Of a stretch of DNA of 64,000 nt, positions 63,315-64,000 are shown piece after piece. Source of the DNA: Felis catus. Taxonomy: Eukaryota. The translations under genes were made by a program, and so were the position numbers. Position 1 is the stretch's first letter; each line of letters begins with the position of its first letter. The stretch covers positions 68,388,001 to 68,452,000 of the forward strand of contig NC_058368.1 of the NCBI RefSeq assembly GCF_018350175.1. The letters run 5' to 3'. A model generated the notes under the pieces. It worked only from the letters and a program-made list of their open reading frames with translations. It was not told the DNA's origin and did not search any database.

Positions 63315-63565
63315 TTTTTTTTTTAATTAAAAAAATATTTTTAATGTTTACTCATTTCTGAAGGAGAGAGAGACAGTGCAGGTGGGAGGGGGACAGGGAG
63401 GGAGATGCATAATCTGAGGCAGTCTCCAGGCTCTGACAGTCGGCACAGAGGCTGACACAGGACTTGAACCCATAAAACCATGAGATCATGACCTGAGCCG
63501 AAGTCAGATGTCCAACTGACTGAGCCACTCAGGCATCTTCCCCCCACCCCTGCCCCCACTGCCCC
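63315..63565 (-). mobile_element. CAN-SINE with G-rich 5' extension
   Basis: Reverse SINE body to ~63538, then 27 bp of C-tracts before the second TSD copy; TSD gtta[c/t]atgcttc (63303-63314, 63566-63577). Confidence 0.93.
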
Positions 63566-63592
63566 GTTATATGCTTCAAAAATGCAAAAGCA

Positions 63593-63789
63593 GAGTACCT
63601 GGGTAGCTCAGCTGGTTAAACATCTGACTCGATCTCAGCTCAGGTCATGATCTCATGCTTCTTGAAGTCAAGCCCCACATCTGACTCTACACCAACTACC
63701 TGGAGCCTGCTAGGGATTCTCTCTCTCCCTCCCTCTCTCTCTGCCTCTCTCTCTCTCTCTCTCTTGCAAAATAAATAAATAAACGTATG
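63593..63789 (+). mobile_element. CAN-SINE (SINEC)
   Basis: acctgggtagctcagctggttaa head, ctcagctcaggtcatgatctc, (CT)n, aaaataaataaat tail; TSD core aaaatgcaaa (63579-63588, 63790-63799). Confidence 0.94.
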
Positions 63790-64000
63790 AAAATGCAAAG
63801 ACAGTTTATAAATGTGCTTATGCAGTTATGCAAAGACAAAACTCACAAGGAATGCAGTCTGCTTGTGGAGGCTGGCCAATCCAAGCCGGCTGGGGAATTT
63901 CTCACAGCCCACACTATACTCCTCCACCCACCCCAACACTCATGCTCATCCTACTGGACTATTTGTATCTCCAAGTATTTCCCAAGCCCTCCTGTGCTTA

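Noticed and set aside
4572..63559. Recurring similar short ORFs (e.g. MAQSVE..., ERERER..., LSLSLS...)
   Set aside because: Translations of CAN-SINE bodies and microsatellites, not a gene family.
4533..63789. tRNA-like A/B boxes and repeated ~200-bp units as tRNA genes or a CRISPR-like array
   Set aside because: They are dispersed tRNA-derived SINEs with TSDs and A tails; no cloverleaf, no regular repeat-spacer periodicity, eukaryotic context.

Overview
Mammalian genomic DNA from a carnivore, most likely a felid: it carries 17 tRNA-derived CAN-SINEs of the SINEC_Fc type and a felid/carnivore-type L1 3' end. The only supportable protein-coding feature is the terminal coding exon of heparan-sulfate 6-O-sulfotransferase 3 (HS6ST3, + strand). 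Its splice acceptor AG is at 43009-43010 and its stop TGA at 43717-43719. A probable ~6.3 kb 3' UTR follows, ending near an ATTAAA at 50042. Bases 1-43010 are the distal end of the gene's very long intron and ~50070-64000 is downstream intergenic DNA. The rest is ordinary mammalian repeat content (CAN-SINE, MIR, L1, L2, MaLR/ERV solo LTRs, Tigger2, MER5, microsatellites) plus some unique non-coding blocks. I find no evidence for a new multi-gene system. The most notable structural observations are: clustering of inverted CAN-SINE pairs, two SINEs inserted head-to-head at one junction, a fold-back hairpin inside a MIR, a three-tier transposon nest, an antisense micro-exon-like splice signal cassette, recursive-splice-like AG|GT motifs, and a homeodomain/SOX-motif-dense block at ~61 kb. 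Repeat family names are from recalled consensus sequences, not a database search, and boundaries of old repeats are approximate.
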